From NCBI GenBank assembly GCA_013697705.1, contig JACCWJ010000004.1, forward strand, positions 107,220-171,219: a stretch of DNA of 64,000 bases. Direction: 5' to 3'. Shown here in pieces: positions 19,947 to 30,266 of this stretch. Every line of letters starts with the position of its first letter. Positions within the stretch are counted from its first letter, which is position 1. Source of the stretch: Gammaproteobacteria bacterium (GTDB lineage Bacteria; Pseudomonadota; Gammaproteobacteria; UBA6002). The notes below the pieces were generated by a model. The model was given only the letters and a program-made list of their open reading frames with translations, was not told where the DNA came from and made no database searches. A program made the position numbers and the translations under genes.

Positions 19947-20567
19947 TTAGGAGTTGTTTAGTGTGCAGAGAATAGAATTATCCTTTAATTGTTTTTGTAC
20001 CTTAGTGGCTTCTGTCTTCGAAGCAAAGGGGCCTACAACAACCTTAAAACAATGGTCTTTTGGATTCTTTGCGATATCAACTTGATCAATTCCAAGCAAT
20101 ATTAATTGAGCCTTAAGTTGGTCAGCCTCGGAAAAATTTTTAAATTTACCCATATCTAGGCTATACGTCGGAATTTGGATTTTCTCTTCTGCTTGCCCCT
20201 TCGGCAGACTTGAGTTTTCATCTTGCGATGAAAGTAAGTTATAAAACTCATATTGTGGATTTTTAGCCGAATGGCGATCTTCCTCTTGCAAGGGCGCGTT
20301 AGCGTGTGTTTTTTCTTTAGGGTGGGAGGACGCGGCGATAGGATGTGGATGTTTCGGCGGATGTTTTATTTCTTCTGTTACAGTGGTTAATTTTAAGGTG
20401 GATTCGGGTAATGTTTTAGTCTCGCTCGAGTGATATTTGATATAGAAAATGCCTGAAATAAGCAAGCCTATAAGGATACCGCTTACCAGCCATCCAATCG
20501 GCGCGGTATTGGGCTTAGCTTTGCGGGGCTTTTGGTAAGATTTTCTTCTACTCTTATTTTTACTCAT
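19947..20567 (-). CDS. SPOR-domain cell division protein (FtsN-like)
   Basis: Basic N-terminus, one TM helix, YEFYNLL motif, C-terminal SPOR (FKNFSEADQLKAQLILLG, VVVGPF). Confidence 0.8.
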   Translation of the reverse strand: MSKNKSRRKSYQKPRKAKPNTAPIGWLVSGILIGLLISGIFYIKYHSSETKTLPESTLKLTTVTEEIKHPPKHPHPIAASSHPKEKTHANAPLQEEDRHSAKNPQYEFYNLLSSQDENSSLPKGQAEEKIQIPTYSLDMGKFKNFSEADQLKAQLILLGIDQVDIAKNPKDHCFKVVVGPFASKTEATKVQKQLKDNSILCTLNNS

Positions 20568-20600
20568 TATATTTTCACTTAAATAGATGTTTAATTATAA

Positions 20601-20660
20601 AATTTGTAACTGTTCAGCAATATGGACGTTCTTGCCCAGTTCTAAATTGATGCTGAATAA
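20601..20660 (+). repeat. Dispersed repeat, copy D (internally deleted)
   Basis: AATTTGTAACTGTTCAGC (left end as in copy B) joined to ATATGGACGTTCTTGCCCAGTTCTAAATTGATGCTGAATAA (right end as in copies A and B). Confidence 0.7.
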
Positions 20661-20663
20661 TTG

Positions 20664-21875
20664 CTAAAATTGGCAATTAATCAAAAAATATTCTCCTGAA
20701 GTTTGTAGCCAACCTTTCTTTCGCCACTCTGCCATAAATTCATCTCCATGCAAAAAATGAAAATAAGAATTAGTTAGAAAGGAATTGGCGACGTCTGTCG
20801 GTACTTGTCCCTTTATATTACCCGTTAGTTTCGAAAACAAACTTGATAGATTACACGCATTATTATTGCAAGGGCAGGTGATGCATCCTTGGACATTGAT
20901 GGGACCTTTAAGCGTATTAAGATGGATATTATTTATTTTAAGTTCAGCACCTTTATTTAATAATTCCATGAAATCATGTTGATACATCAACATTTGTGAC
21001 GGTGTTTGGAGTGAAGAAAATTGATTATGTTGTAACAATGCTAATTCACTAGGTTTAAGCTGATTCAATTCAATTGAAATTTTTTGCGCACCATAGTCAA
21101 GCTTGTTTACCAATAAAGCAGCCATATCGAGATCAATTTTTGTATCGTAATGTTCATGATGCAATGCATTGGTGATTTTGTAATTGAAAGCGTGAAAGTT
21201 ATATACGGTGTTGCCTTGGAGCCATTTTAGCTCGCCAAAATGATAAACTTGCTTGCCTGTCCAAAGACCACTTTGATTTTTGGTAAGATCAATTGTGGCA
21301 TTAAACTTCGATATTTCTCTTGCAGAGTCGATATTGGCGAAAATATGATTAAATCTAATATTAGAAGTCAAATTCATATCATGGGAGTCAATGACAATGT
21401 CACCTTTGAGACCCTTGAGGGAATAGAGAAGCTTGTTGTTATGGATTAGAGCATATTCATCTAATGCGAGCTCAGTAGAGAGAGTTCGGTTTAGCGTTAA
21501 AGTGGTTTTTGCAAAGTGAGTTTTTTGGTCCACGTAAGAGTCAATATATATCCACGCCAATTTAATTCGAGGATATCCCTTCGTGAAAATAATAGGGCCA
21601 TGATAAATACGTTGAGAAATGACCACGGATTCCTCATGATTATTCGTATTATTAGCCTGATCAGCCAATGGAAAATGACTAGCAATAATTACATCAGAAA
21701 AAAACCATGAACGCTTATATTCAAGCAGCTGAGCAGAGAGGTTTAAGTTTTGGAAAATGGGTTTGAATGCTTTGTTGTAATTTTGTTTAAATATAACTCC
21801 AATTAAAAAAGGAGTTAATAATAACAAAAGAAACAACACCACAATTAAGCCGGAAATTTTTTTGTTCATCTGCAA
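20664..21875 (-). CDS. YdgA/DUF945-like membrane-anchored protein
   Basis: N-terminal TM helix, YKRSWFFS and IYHGP motifs resembling the YdgA N-terminus, beta-rich body. Confidence 0.6.
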   Translation of the reverse strand: MQMNKKISGLIVVLFLLLLLTPFLIGVIFKQNYNKAFKPIFQNLNLSAQLLEYKRSWFFSDVIIASHFPLADQANNTNNHEESVVISQRIYHGPIIFTKGYPRIKLAWIYIDSYVDQKTHFAKTTLTLNRTLSTELALDEYALIHNNKLLYSLKGLKGDIVIDSHDMNLTSNIRFNHIFANIDSAREISKFNATIDLTKNQSGLWTGKQVYHFGELKWLQGNTVYNFHAFNYKITNALHHEHYDTKIDLDMAALLVNKLDYGAQKISIELNQLKPSELALLQHNQFSSLQTPSQMLMYQHDFMELLNKGAELKINNIHLNTLKGPINVQGCITCPCNNNACNLSSLFSKLTGNIKGQVPTDVANSFLTNSYFHFLHGDEFMAEWRKKGWLQTSGEYFLINCQF

Positions 21876-21892
21876 AGTCCTTGATATTGCAT

Positions 21893-23668
21893 TTACATGA
21901 TTTCAGGAGCTGATACGCCTAAAATCTTTAAGCTATTTCCAATTACCACTTTAACAGCAACAATCAAACACATGCGGGCATTACGCAATTCTTTTTCTTC
22001 GACAATAAATTTGCAAGCATTATAGTAGGTGTGAAAATAAGTCGCTAATTCCTGCAAATAATGGACCAAAATATGCGGTTCATAATTTACTGCAGAGGCC
22101 TCAATAATTTCAGGAAATTGACTCAAAATGCGTAATAAATTTTTTTCATAATCGGAGGTAAGTAAGTGGCGATTTTCTAAGCCCATGTTCATGTCTAATT
22201 GAAGGTTAAGATGATCAAGTTGGCGTTCAACGCTACAAATCCGAGCAAAAGCATACTGAATATAATAAACAGGGTTTTCATTGGATTTAGATTTTGCGAG
22301 TTCTAAATCAAAATCAAGATGCTGGTCACATTTTCGCATTACATAAAAGAATCTTGCTGCATCATTGCCCACTTCTTCTCGTAGCTCCCGCAACGTGACA
22401 AATGTGCCTCCTCGTGTGGACATTGAAACTTTTTGTTTGCCTCTATATAAAATAGCAAATTGTATTAACAATACTTGCACTTTGTTTTCATCTTCGCCTG
22501 CAGCCTTGAGAAACGCTTTGATGCGTGGGGCATAGCCATGATGATCGGCGCCAAATAGATCCAGAATCAGATCAAATTTTCTTTCATATTTATTTAGATG
22601 ATAGCCAACATCTGAGGCGAAATAGGTTGATTGACCATTTTCGCGTATAACGACACGGTCTTTTTCGTCTCCATAAGAGGTGGCTTGAAACCAAGTGGCG
22701 CCATCACGTTCATAAACACTATCTGTTTTTTGTAATCTCTCTAGCCCGCGCGTAATATCCCCGTTGGTTTGTAAACTTTTTTCAGAGAACCACTCTTGAA
22801 AAGTCACGCCAAATTGTGCCAAATCCTCACGAATATCGTTCAGAATCGCCTTTAGACCGTCTTTTAAAATAAGCTCATAATTTTCTTCCCCCAGCAATGA
22901 TTTGGCTCGAGATATCAATGCGTCAATGTAAATTTCTTTATCACCGCCAGTCCCATCTTCTTTTTGGTCATCGGGTAAATTAGAAAAGATATCAGTGAGT
23001 GGGCGACAAAATTTTTCGAGAAAATTAACTTTCAGCTCTTTAGCAATATCCATAATATAGTCGCCTTTATAGGCATTGCTAGGAAACGGGAAGGAGTGAC
23101 CAAATAATTCTAGGTAACGCAACCAAATACTGACGGTGAGAATCTGCATTTGTCTGCCCGCATCATTTACGTAATATTCGCGATGCACTTTATAGCCAAT
23201 TGCTTCCAACAAATTTGCCACCGTGGCTCCATAGGCTGCATGTCTGCCATGGCCGACATGCAACGGTCCGGTAGGATTAGCTGAAACAAATTCAATTATC
23301 ACTGTTTTGTTGTTGCCAATTGAAGCATGGCCGTAAATTCCATCGGCTTTTAATATGTCAGTCACGATCGTTTGTAAGGCGCTTTCAGTTAAATGAAAAT
23401 TAATGAAACCGGGTCCTGCAATTTCAATTTTCTCTAAATCAGCCGATTTGGGAATATAATTCACTAATTCTTCTGCAAGGTGCCGAGGGTTTTTTTTCAA
23501 AGGTTTTGCTAATATCATGGCAATGTTGCTAGCGTAGTCGCCATGTTTTTGATCACGAGTGCGTTCGATGTGTATTTTAGGTAAGCTTTCTTCTTCGTAA
23601 TCAAAATCTCCCGTGAGAAAATAGTGATTTAAAGCAGATTTAATCAAACATTCTATTTTTGCTTTCAT
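21893..23668 (-). CDS. argS: Arginine--tRNA ligase
   Basis: HGDYASN, EFVSANPTGPLHVGHGR (HIGH), MSTRGG, NPVYYIQYA. Confidence 0.97.
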   Translation of the reverse strand: MKAKIECLIKSALNHYFLTGDFDYEEESLPKIHIERTRDQKHGDYASNIAMILAKPLKKNPRHLAEELVNYIPKSADLEKIEIAGPGFINFHLTESALQTIVTDILKADGIYGHASIGNNKTVIIEFVSANPTGPLHVGHGRHAAYGATVANLLEAIGYKVHREYYVNDAGRQMQILTVSIWLRYLELFGHSFPFPSNAYKGDYIMDIAKELKVNFLEKFCRPLTDIFSNLPDDQKEDGTGGDKEIYIDALISRAKSLLGEENYELILKDGLKAILNDIREDLAQFGVTFQEWFSEKSLQTNGDITRGLERLQKTDSVYERDGATWFQATSYGDEKDRVVIRENGQSTYFASDVGYHLNKYERKFDLILDLFGADHHGYAPRIKAFLKAAGEDENKVQVLLIQFAILYRGKQKVSMSTRGGTFVTLRELREEVGNDAARFFYVMRKCDQHLDFDLELAKSKSNENPVYYIQYAFARICSVERQLDHLNLQLDMNMGLENRHLLTSDYEKNLLRILSQFPEIIEASAVNYEPHILVHYLQELATYFHTYYNACKFIVEEKELRNARMCLIVAVKVVIGNSLKILGVSAPEIM

Positions 23669-23693
23669 GACTCATCTCTTATTTTAGTGATTC

Positions 23694-24632
23694 CTAGCCT
23701 TGGTTTAGCCAATCTTGGGGCCGCAAATATTTTTCGTAAAGTTCTGCTTCTTTTGTTCCAGGGGTTGGTTGCCAATTGTAATTCCATGCAACTAAAGGCG
23801 GTAAGGAAATTAAAATGGATTCGATCCTCCCTCCCGATTGTAAACCAAATAATGTTCCACGGTCATACACTAAATTAAATTCTACGTAACGTCCTCGGCG
23901 ATAACATTGGAAATTTCGTTCTCGTTCACCATAGGGTAGGTGTTTGCGGCGGGATACTATAGGGGAATAGGCTTCTATAAAATGATCGCCCACACTTTTT
24001 AAAAAAGAGAAGCAAGTGGCGAAATCCCATTGATTTAAGTCATCGAAAAAAATTCCGCCAATTCCTCGAGGTTCATTTCTATGCTTAATGAAAAAATATT
24101 TGTCAGCCCATTCTTTGTATTTTGCATGGAGCTCCTTACCGTAAGGATCACAGGCTTTTTTAGCTACTTGGTGCCAATGAATGCAATCCTCCTCAAAACC
24201 ATAGTAGGGGGTTAAATCAAAGCCACCCCCAAACCACCAAACGGGTTCACTGGATTCACTAACGCTTACAAATAAGCGTAAATTTGCGTGACATGTGGGT
24301 ATGAAGGGATTCAGGGGGTGGACGATTACCGAAAGTCCCACCGCTTGGAAGGGAGCATTTTTTAACAAAGGACGATTACTCGTCGCCGTAGCGGGCAGCT
24401 CGTCTCCCCACACATGTGAAAAATTTACGCCCGCTTTTTCAAATATCGCTCCATTGGAAAAGCTGCGCGTCTTGCCCCCTCCCCCTTCCGGTCGTTGCCA
24501 TTCGTCTTCTTGTTTTATTATTAAGGAGTCGTGAGTTTCAAGCATTTGCGAAATTTTATTCTGCAAATCTAACAGATAATCGTTCACTGGTCCGACGATA
24601 CGTTGGAAGGAGTTGTCAGAGAAATTACTCAC
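23694..24632 (-). CDS. hemF: Oxygen-dependent coproporphyrinogen III oxidase
   Basis: [46 protein letters not shown]. Confidence 0.96.
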   Translation of the reverse strand: MSNFSDNSFQRIVGPVNDYLLDLQNKISQMLETHDSLIIKQEDEWQRPEGGGGKTRSFSNGAIFEKAGVNFSHVWGDELPATATSNRPLLKNAPFQAVGLSVIVHPLNPFIPTCHANLRLFVSVSESSEPVWWFGGGFDLTPYYGFEEDCIHWHQVAKKACDPYGKELHAKYKEWADKYFFIKHRNEPRGIGGIFFDDLNQWDFATCFSFLKSVGDHFIEAYSPIVSRRKHLPYGERERNFQCYRRGRYVEFNLVYDRGTLFGLQSGGRIESILISLPPLVAWNYNWQPTPGTKEAELYEKYLRPQDWLNQG

Positions 24633-25200
24633 GGATAACTAAACCCGTAATGACATCACGAATGGAAGTCGTTTTATTTAATCCTCCCACTTCACCTTTA
24701 AGAATAAAAGGTATTTTGTCATTAAAATAAATGGCCACTTCTTTATAGTTTCGAGCCGGCGTGCTGCCTGTTAAATTCGCACTAGTGGATACGATGGGTT
24801 TTTGAAATCCTTCACATAATGCTTGTGCGAGTGGATGATTAGAAAATCTAATGGCTATGGTGTTATGTTCTCCCCTAATCCACTCTGGGGCTTTACGACT
24901 AGCGGGAAAAACCCAGGTAATTGGTCCTGGCCAAGTACGATTTACTGTTTGATGTTGGAGATTTGATAGAGGCTCAATTAAATCTTCGATCTGATTCCAA
25001 TGACTTGCTATTAAAATCAATCCTTTACGTACATCTCGGTTTTTCAATTGGAGTAACCGCAGCACAGTTTCTTCATTAAAAGCGGTGCACCCAAGTCCAT
25101 AAACACCTTCTGTCGGGTAGGCGATTATTTCATCCTGTGCTAGGTAATCTATAGCAAGTTGCAAGTCTTCACTAATAATCAAAACCACCTCGAATAACAA
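24625..25200 (-). CDS. tsaC: L-threonylcarbamoyladenylate synthase (TsaC/YrdC)
   Basis: [36 protein letters not shown]. Confidence 0.93.
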   Translation of the reverse strand: MLFEVVLIISEDLQLAIDYLAQDEIIAYPTEGVYGLGCTAFNEETVLRLLQLKNRDVRKGLILIASHWNQIEDLIEPLSNLQHQTVNRTWPGPITWVFPASRKAPEWIRGEHNTIAIRFSNHPLAQALCEGFQKPIVSTSANLTGSTPARNYKEVAIYFNDKIPFILKGEVGGLNKTTSIRDVITGLVIRE

Positions 25201-25231
25201 AAAGTCGGAAGGACGGATGAGGACAGAAGAA

Positions 25232-25729
25232 TCAACCTATGCTGAGCGATTCATTCTTGGCCATAATATCAGCCGCATTCTGGTCTCTTTCTTTTCTAAG
25301 CTGAGCCGCAAGTTCTGGGTCGGACAGTGCAAGAATTTGGGCAGCCAAATAACCCGCATTTTTAGCACCGGGTTTGCCAATGGCAACGCAGGCCACCGGT
25401 ATTCCACCTGGCATTTGAACGGTGGATAATAATGCATCCAACCCATTCAAGCTGCCGCCATCCATTGGCACACCAATGACAGGTTTTAGGGTGTGGGCAG
25501 CGATAGTACCTGCTAAATGTGCGGCTAAACCAGCTGCTGCGATAAAAACAGCGCAGCCTCTTGCTTCAGCGTCATGAATGTATTGTTGCGTCATCTGGGG
25601 AGTGCGATGGGCAGAGGCAATTTTTACCTCAAAAGGAATATGAAATTTTTTAAGGATCTCGACGGTGTTTTGCATGGTCGCAGAATCAGAATCAGATCCC
25701 ATTAAAATAGCAACAAAGGGGATAGCCAT
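25232..25729 (-). CDS. purE: N5-carboxyaminoimidazole ribonucleotide mutase
   Basis: ILMGSDSD, SAHRTP, AAHLAG, LLSTVQMPGGIPVA. Confidence 0.95.
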   Translation of the reverse strand: MAIPFVAILMGSDSDSATMQNTVEILKKFHIPFEVKIASAHRTPQMTQQYIHDAEARGCAVFIAAAGLAAHLAGTIAAHTLKPVIGVPMDGGSLNGLDALLSTVQMPGGIPVACVAIGKPGAKNAGYLAAQILALSDPELAAQLRKERDQNAADIMAKNESLSIG

Positions 25730-25738
25730 ACTTATACC

Positions 25739-28024
25739 CTATTCGTTATAAGGTTCCGAATAGCCGCACTCTTTTTGAGGGCAGACTTTTTCAGTCCCTT
25801 TTCGTTTGGTAGTTTTAATCGTTAATATTTCCCAATGACATTTGGGGCATGGACCTGGAAGAGGCTCATTCCAAACGGCATATTTACATTTAGGATAGGT
25901 GGAGCAAGAAAAAAAGTATTTCCCATACCGACTTTTACGCTTTAATAAATGACCCTCATGACAAAGGGGGCAACTAACGCCTGTGTCGGCCGGTTTTTCC
26001 AAAGGTTCCATATGTTTACAGTCTGGATAATTGCTACATCCAATAAACTTTCCATAGCGACCAAATTTTATGACTAAATGCGAATGACAATCAGGGCATT
26101 CACGGCCTTCGACTTTTTCTGCTTCCGCTTGCGATTCCTTGGTATCTTCAAGACCACGGGTATAATCACATTCGGGAAAACCCGAGCAGCCAATGAAACG
26201 ACCCCGTTTTCCGAGGCGCTTAGATAACGGTTTCTGACACTTAGGACATTCTTCGTCAATAGCTTCTTGAGTGACATCTTTTCTTTTAACGGTTTCTTCG
26301 GTTACGTCCACCTTTTCTTTAAAGGGTACCCAGAAATGTTTCAACATAGGTATCCAATCTTTCTCGCCTCGCGAGATCTCATCTAACTCATCTTCCATTG
26401 TCGCGGTAAAGTCATAGTCCACGTATTGGGTGAAATATCGCGTTAAAAATTGATTTACTATGCGACCCACATCAGTAGGTTTAAATCTTTTTTGATCAAG
26501 AATGACATATTCTCGATTTTTAATGGTGTAGATTATGTTGGCGTAAGTAGACGGTCGGCCGATGCCAAACTCTTCAAGCACCTTTACTAAGCTGGCTTCT
26601 GTATATCGAGGTGGAGGCTCAGTAAAATGTTGTAAGGGAGTAATTTTCTCAAGATCAATTATCTCACCTTGCTCCAAATGAGGAAGTAGTTTTTCATCTC
26701 CATCGTCTTTCTTAGCATCATCAATACCTTCTTGGTAAACCATGATGAATCCAGGGTCAGCAATGGTTGAGCCATTAGCTCGGAAACGGTTGCCTTCACC
26801 CGCGCCAAGGTCAACAGCAACCGTGTCAATAGTTGCATGCACCATTTGAGAGGCTATGGTTCTCTTCCAAATCAGATCATAAAGTTTAAATTGTTCATCA
26901 GACAGATAAGATTTAATGTCTTCGGGTAGATGGTGGACGGAGGTAGGTCTAATTCCTTCATGCGCTTCTTGTGCGTTTTTGGCCTTGGTATGATATTCCC
27001 GAGGCGTATCAGGCAGGTTGTCTTTACCATACCGACTTTCTATCAGTTGTCGGATTTCTGTTATCGCCTCCCCTGCCAAATTAACAGAATCGGTTCTCAT
27101 ATACGTAATAAGGCCCACTGATCCTTCGTCACCTAGTTCAACACCTTCATAGAGCTGCTGGGCAACACGCATTGTTTTGTAGGTCGTGAAACCTAATTTT
27201 CTCGCTGCCTCTTGTTGTAATGTTGAAGTGATAAAAGGAGGGGCAGGGTTTCTTTTGCGTTGTTTTTTGTCAATTTTTAAGACTGTAAGTTTGCCCTTTG
27301 CCGCTTTTAATAGGGCTTTTTCAATCTTTTGAGCTGTTTTTTCATCCGTAATAGAAAACTGAGTGATCTTTTTCCCATCGTACTCTGCTAACTTTGCTGT
27401 AAAGTGCTGTTTTTTTGCAGAGGTAAGTGCTTCAACAGTCCAGTATTCTTTGGTTTCAAAACGCTCGATTTCTTCTTCGCGTTCAACGATGAGTCGAAGC
27501 GCTGGGCTTTGAACTCGGCCGGCCGATAACCCCGGACGTATTTTTTTCCAAAGCAAGGGAGAAAGATTGAAACCTACTAGAAAATCGAGTGCTCTTCGAG
27601 CTTGTTGAGCATGGACTAGATCCATCGCAATGGCTCGTGGATGGGTCACCGCATCTTTTACAGCAGATTTGGTTATTTCATTAAAGACGACACGATACAC
27701 AGGCTGAGATTCCAGAATGTGTCTTTCCTTCATGAGCTCAGCTAGATGCCAAGAAATTGCCTCACCTTCGCGATCAGGGTCAGTCGCCAGATAGAGGGCT
27801 TTTGCTTTTTTCAAGGCTTTGGCGATGGCGTCTATATGTTTGATATTTTTTTCGACGGTGTCGTACTTCATGGCGAAGTTGTTTGTTGGATCTACTGCCC
27901 CTTCTTTCGGAACGAGATCACGCACATGGCCGTAAGAGGCCAACACCGTAAAGTCTTTGCCAAGATATTTTTTAATTGTTTTGGCTTTAGCGGGTGATTC
28001 AACAATTAAAAGATTTACTGACAT
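25739..28024 (-). CDS. topA: DNA topoisomerase I
   Basis: IVESPAKAK, ATDPDREGE, SAGRVQS, ITYMRTDS (catalytic Tyr), C-terminal zinc ribbons. Confidence 0.97.
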   Translation of the reverse strand: MSVNLLIVESPAKAKTIKKYLGKDFTVLASYGHVRDLVPKEGAVDPTNNFAMKYDTVEKNIKHIDAIAKALKKAKALYLATDPDREGEAISWHLAELMKERHILESQPVYRVVFNEITKSAVKDAVTHPRAIAMDLVHAQQARRALDFLVGFNLSPLLWKKIRPGLSAGRVQSPALRLIVEREEEIERFETKEYWTVEALTSAKKQHFTAKLAEYDGKKITQFSITDEKTAQKIEKALLKAAKGKLTVLKIDKKQRKRNPAPPFITSTLQQEAARKLGFTTYKTMRVAQQLYEGVELGDEGSVGLITYMRTDSVNLAGEAITEIRQLIESRYGKDNLPDTPREYHTKAKNAQEAHEGIRPTSVHHLPEDIKSYLSDEQFKLYDLIWKRTIASQMVHATIDTVAVDLGAGEGNRFRANGSTIADPGFIMVYQEGIDDAKKDDGDEKLLPHLEQGEIIDLEKITPLQHFTEPPPRYTEASLVKVLEEFGIGRPSTYANIIYTIKNREYVILDQKRFKPTDVGRIVNQFLTRYFTQYVDYDFTATMEDELDEISRGEKDWIPMLKHFWVPFKEKVDVTEETVKRKDVTQEAIDEECPKCQKPLSKRLGKRGRFIGCSGFPECDYTRGLEDTKESQAEAEKVEGRECPDCHSHLVIKFGRYGKFIGCSNYPDCKHMEPLEKPADTGVSCPLCHEGHLLKRKSRYGKYFFSCSTYPKCKYAVWNEPLPGPCPKCHWEILTIKTTKRKGTEKVCPQKECGYSEPYNE

Positions 28025-28498
28025 TTAATGTAACCCATACGCCGTGTTTTCCAAGACTAAATTCTCCATACAAGCTAGAGCAGCTTCTTCGTTAGGTTGA
28101 TTGAATAAGACTAAGAGTGTGACCCATTTCACTTGGGGTAAATCAATCTCTTGCTCCTCAATGGCCATCAACCTATCAATGACAAGCTCTCGAGTAATAG
28201 TATTTAGAATCCCTACCTGTTGTAAAAATAGCAGAAAACCTAAGACTTCTGCATTTAATTTATACGTTTCGTAGGAAGTATAAATTCGCAGAGAGGCCGA
28301 AGTTGAGATGATAGCGGTATTTTCTTGTACGGTTAGCAATCCCTCTAACCAATCTAACGCTCTATCAATCGTTGAAGAGTTAAAACCCGCCTTTTCAAGT
28401 TCAACCATTAGCACATCTTCAGTGAGATGTAACTTGCAATCACTTTGCATATGATTCTCAAACAAATACATTAAAACTTCAAACATGTCTTCTTTCAT
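28025..28498 (-). CDS. smg: Smg / DUF494 protein
   Basis: MKEDMFEVLMYLFENH, RIYTSYE, LNTITRELVIDR; lies between dprA and topA. Confidence 0.9.
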   Translation of the reverse strand: MKEDMFEVLMYLFENHMQSDCKLHLTEDVLMVELEKAGFNSSTIDRALDWLEGLLTVQENTAIISTSASLRIYTSYETYKLNAEVLGFLLFLQQVGILNTITRELVIDRLMAIEEQEIDLPQVKWVTLLVLFNQPNEEAALACMENLVLENTAYGLH

Positions 28499-29598
28499 TA
28501 GGATACTCGTCTATAACCACCCGCAGTTGAAGCCACTCTATTTATTAGCTCCAAATCTATCAAAATAGAAGTTACTTTCTGGATGGAAAATTCGCTTCTT
28601 ATTATTATTATATCAATTTTAGTTGGCTCATAATCAATACACTCTAACAGTTTACGGTGATCATCATCAAGTCTCTTCTCTTCAAAATCGGGGGTTTTAA
28701 GCGTCGAATTCGGGGGAATTGGATAAAAACAGCCTAACTCTTCAACGATATCTTCAACAGATTCGACCAGTTTTGCGCCTTGTTTAAGAAGGTAATGACA
28801 ACCCTTCGCTCTGGGATTTAAGATAGATCCGGGAATGGCAAAAACATCGCGTCCCTGATCTAAAGCATACTGAGCTGTGATAAGGGAGCCGCTTTTTAAG
28901 CTGGCCTCTATTACTAGCGTTCCCAGAGAGAGGCCACTGATTAAACGGTTTCTTCGGGGAAAATTGTGCGCTAGTGGCGGTGTGTTGCAACAAAACTCTG
29001 AAATTATTAGGCCTCGCTCAACAATTTCTTCAGCCAGTGTAAGATTACTTTGTGGATACACAACATTAATACCAGTCCCTATGACGGCAATGGTACTCCC
29101 CCCTTGCAAAGCCCCTTTATGCGCCTGTGTATCTATGCCCACTGCAAGACCGGAAGTAATGACCAGACCTAGGCTGGCTAGTTCGAAAGCTAACTGATGT
29201 GCTATTTCCCTGCCATTGGGTGATGAGTTTCTGGACCCTACAATAGCTATTTGAGGATAATCCAGAAGTGGCTTATTTCCATGTGCAAATAAGAGGGGCG
29301 GTGGAGACGATATCTCACGGAATAGAGAAGGGTAGTCGTTATCAGCAAGGGTTAAAATGAAGCGGTTATTTTTCTGATTGAGCCATTTTAAATCGTGCTC
29401 AACGCTTTTCCAGTCAGGGTTATTCAGATAATTCTGCGTTTGCTGAGGTAATTTAAGCTGATCATGACCATGGTTAAAAAATTCCTCAAGGCAGGGGAAA
29501 AGATGAATGATACGGCCAACTATTTTGCCTCCGATAAAAGGAGCTCTGGCCAGCGCTAGTAAATAGGGTAAATTCTTGTCATCCAATTTCATTATCAA
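28498..29598 (-). CDS. dprA: DNA-processing protein DprA (Smf)
   Basis: IAIVGSRNSS, SGLAVGIDTQAH, FPRRNRLISGLS, VFAIPGSI. Confidence 0.95.
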   Translation of the reverse strand: MIMKLDDKNLPYLLALARAPFIGGKIVGRIIHLFPCLEEFFNHGHDQLKLPQQTQNYLNNPDWKSVEHDLKWLNQKNNRFILTLADNDYPSLFREISSPPPLLFAHGNKPLLDYPQIAIVGSRNSSPNGREIAHQLAFELASLGLVITSGLAVGIDTQAHKGALQGGSTIAVIGTGINVVYPQSNLTLAEEIVERGLIISEFCCNTPPLAHNFPRRNRLISGLSLGTLVIEASLKSGSLITAQYALDQGRDVFAIPGSILNPRAKGCHYLLKQGAKLVESVEDIVEELGCFYPIPPNSTLKTPDFEEKRLDDDHRKLLECIDYEPTKIDIIIIRSEFSIQKVTSILIDLELINRVASTAGGYRRVS

Positions 29599-29729
29599 TT
29601 TATATCAAGCTATTCCTTGGTTTACGATACTGGAAAAACTACTACTCTGCTTATTCTGCGGGGGCTTAGATATTGACGATATGATAATTTTCGCCTAAGT
29701 TTAGGTTTTTGATGTACCGCGAGAGAGAA

Positions 29730-30266
29730 ATGGCCATTATAGATATATTGCAATACCCCGATTCCCGGCTTGGAATCAAGGCCGACACTGTCGTCGACTT
29801 TTCTGATAAAGCATTGCAGCAAGTGATTGATGACATGCTTGAAACACTGCATAACACTGAAAATTGTGCGGGTCTGGCGGCGACCCAACTAAACATCCCT
29901 CATCCTAAAAGAATTACCGTCATTTATGATTATAAAGATAAAGAAAACCGAAAGCCGGCCTCTCTTTGCTTAGTTAATCCAGAAATTATTGCGCGGGAAG
30001 GGGAGTTTTTAGAGCCGGAAGCCTGTATGTCTGTGCAGGGTGGGGTATATGAAATTGTTCCCGCACGAAGTTTTAAGGTAACTGTTCGCGCGCAAGACCG
30101 CTTTGGCAACTTTTTTGAGATAGTAGGGGAAGGCTATATGGCCAAATTGTTGCAACATGAACTCGATCATCTTGATGGCGTCATCTTTATTGATCGGCTT
30201 TCGCGTTTGAAACGACAACGTATTGACAAAAAGATTTCAAAATTGATCAAACGGAAAAATAGCTAG
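29730..30266 (+). CDS. def: Peptide deformylase
   Basis: ILQYPD, GLAATQ, EACMS (metal Cys), QHELDH; directly before fmt; ATG 29730. Confidence 0.9.
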   Translation: MAIIDILQYPDSRLGIKADTVVDFSDKALQQVIDDMLETLHNTENCAGLAATQLNIPHPKRITVIYDYKDKENRKPASLCLVNPEIIAREGEFLEPEACMSVQGGVYEIVPARSFKVTVRAQDRFGNFFEIVGEGYMAKLLQHELDHLDGVIFIDRLSRLKRQRIDKKISKLIKRKNS

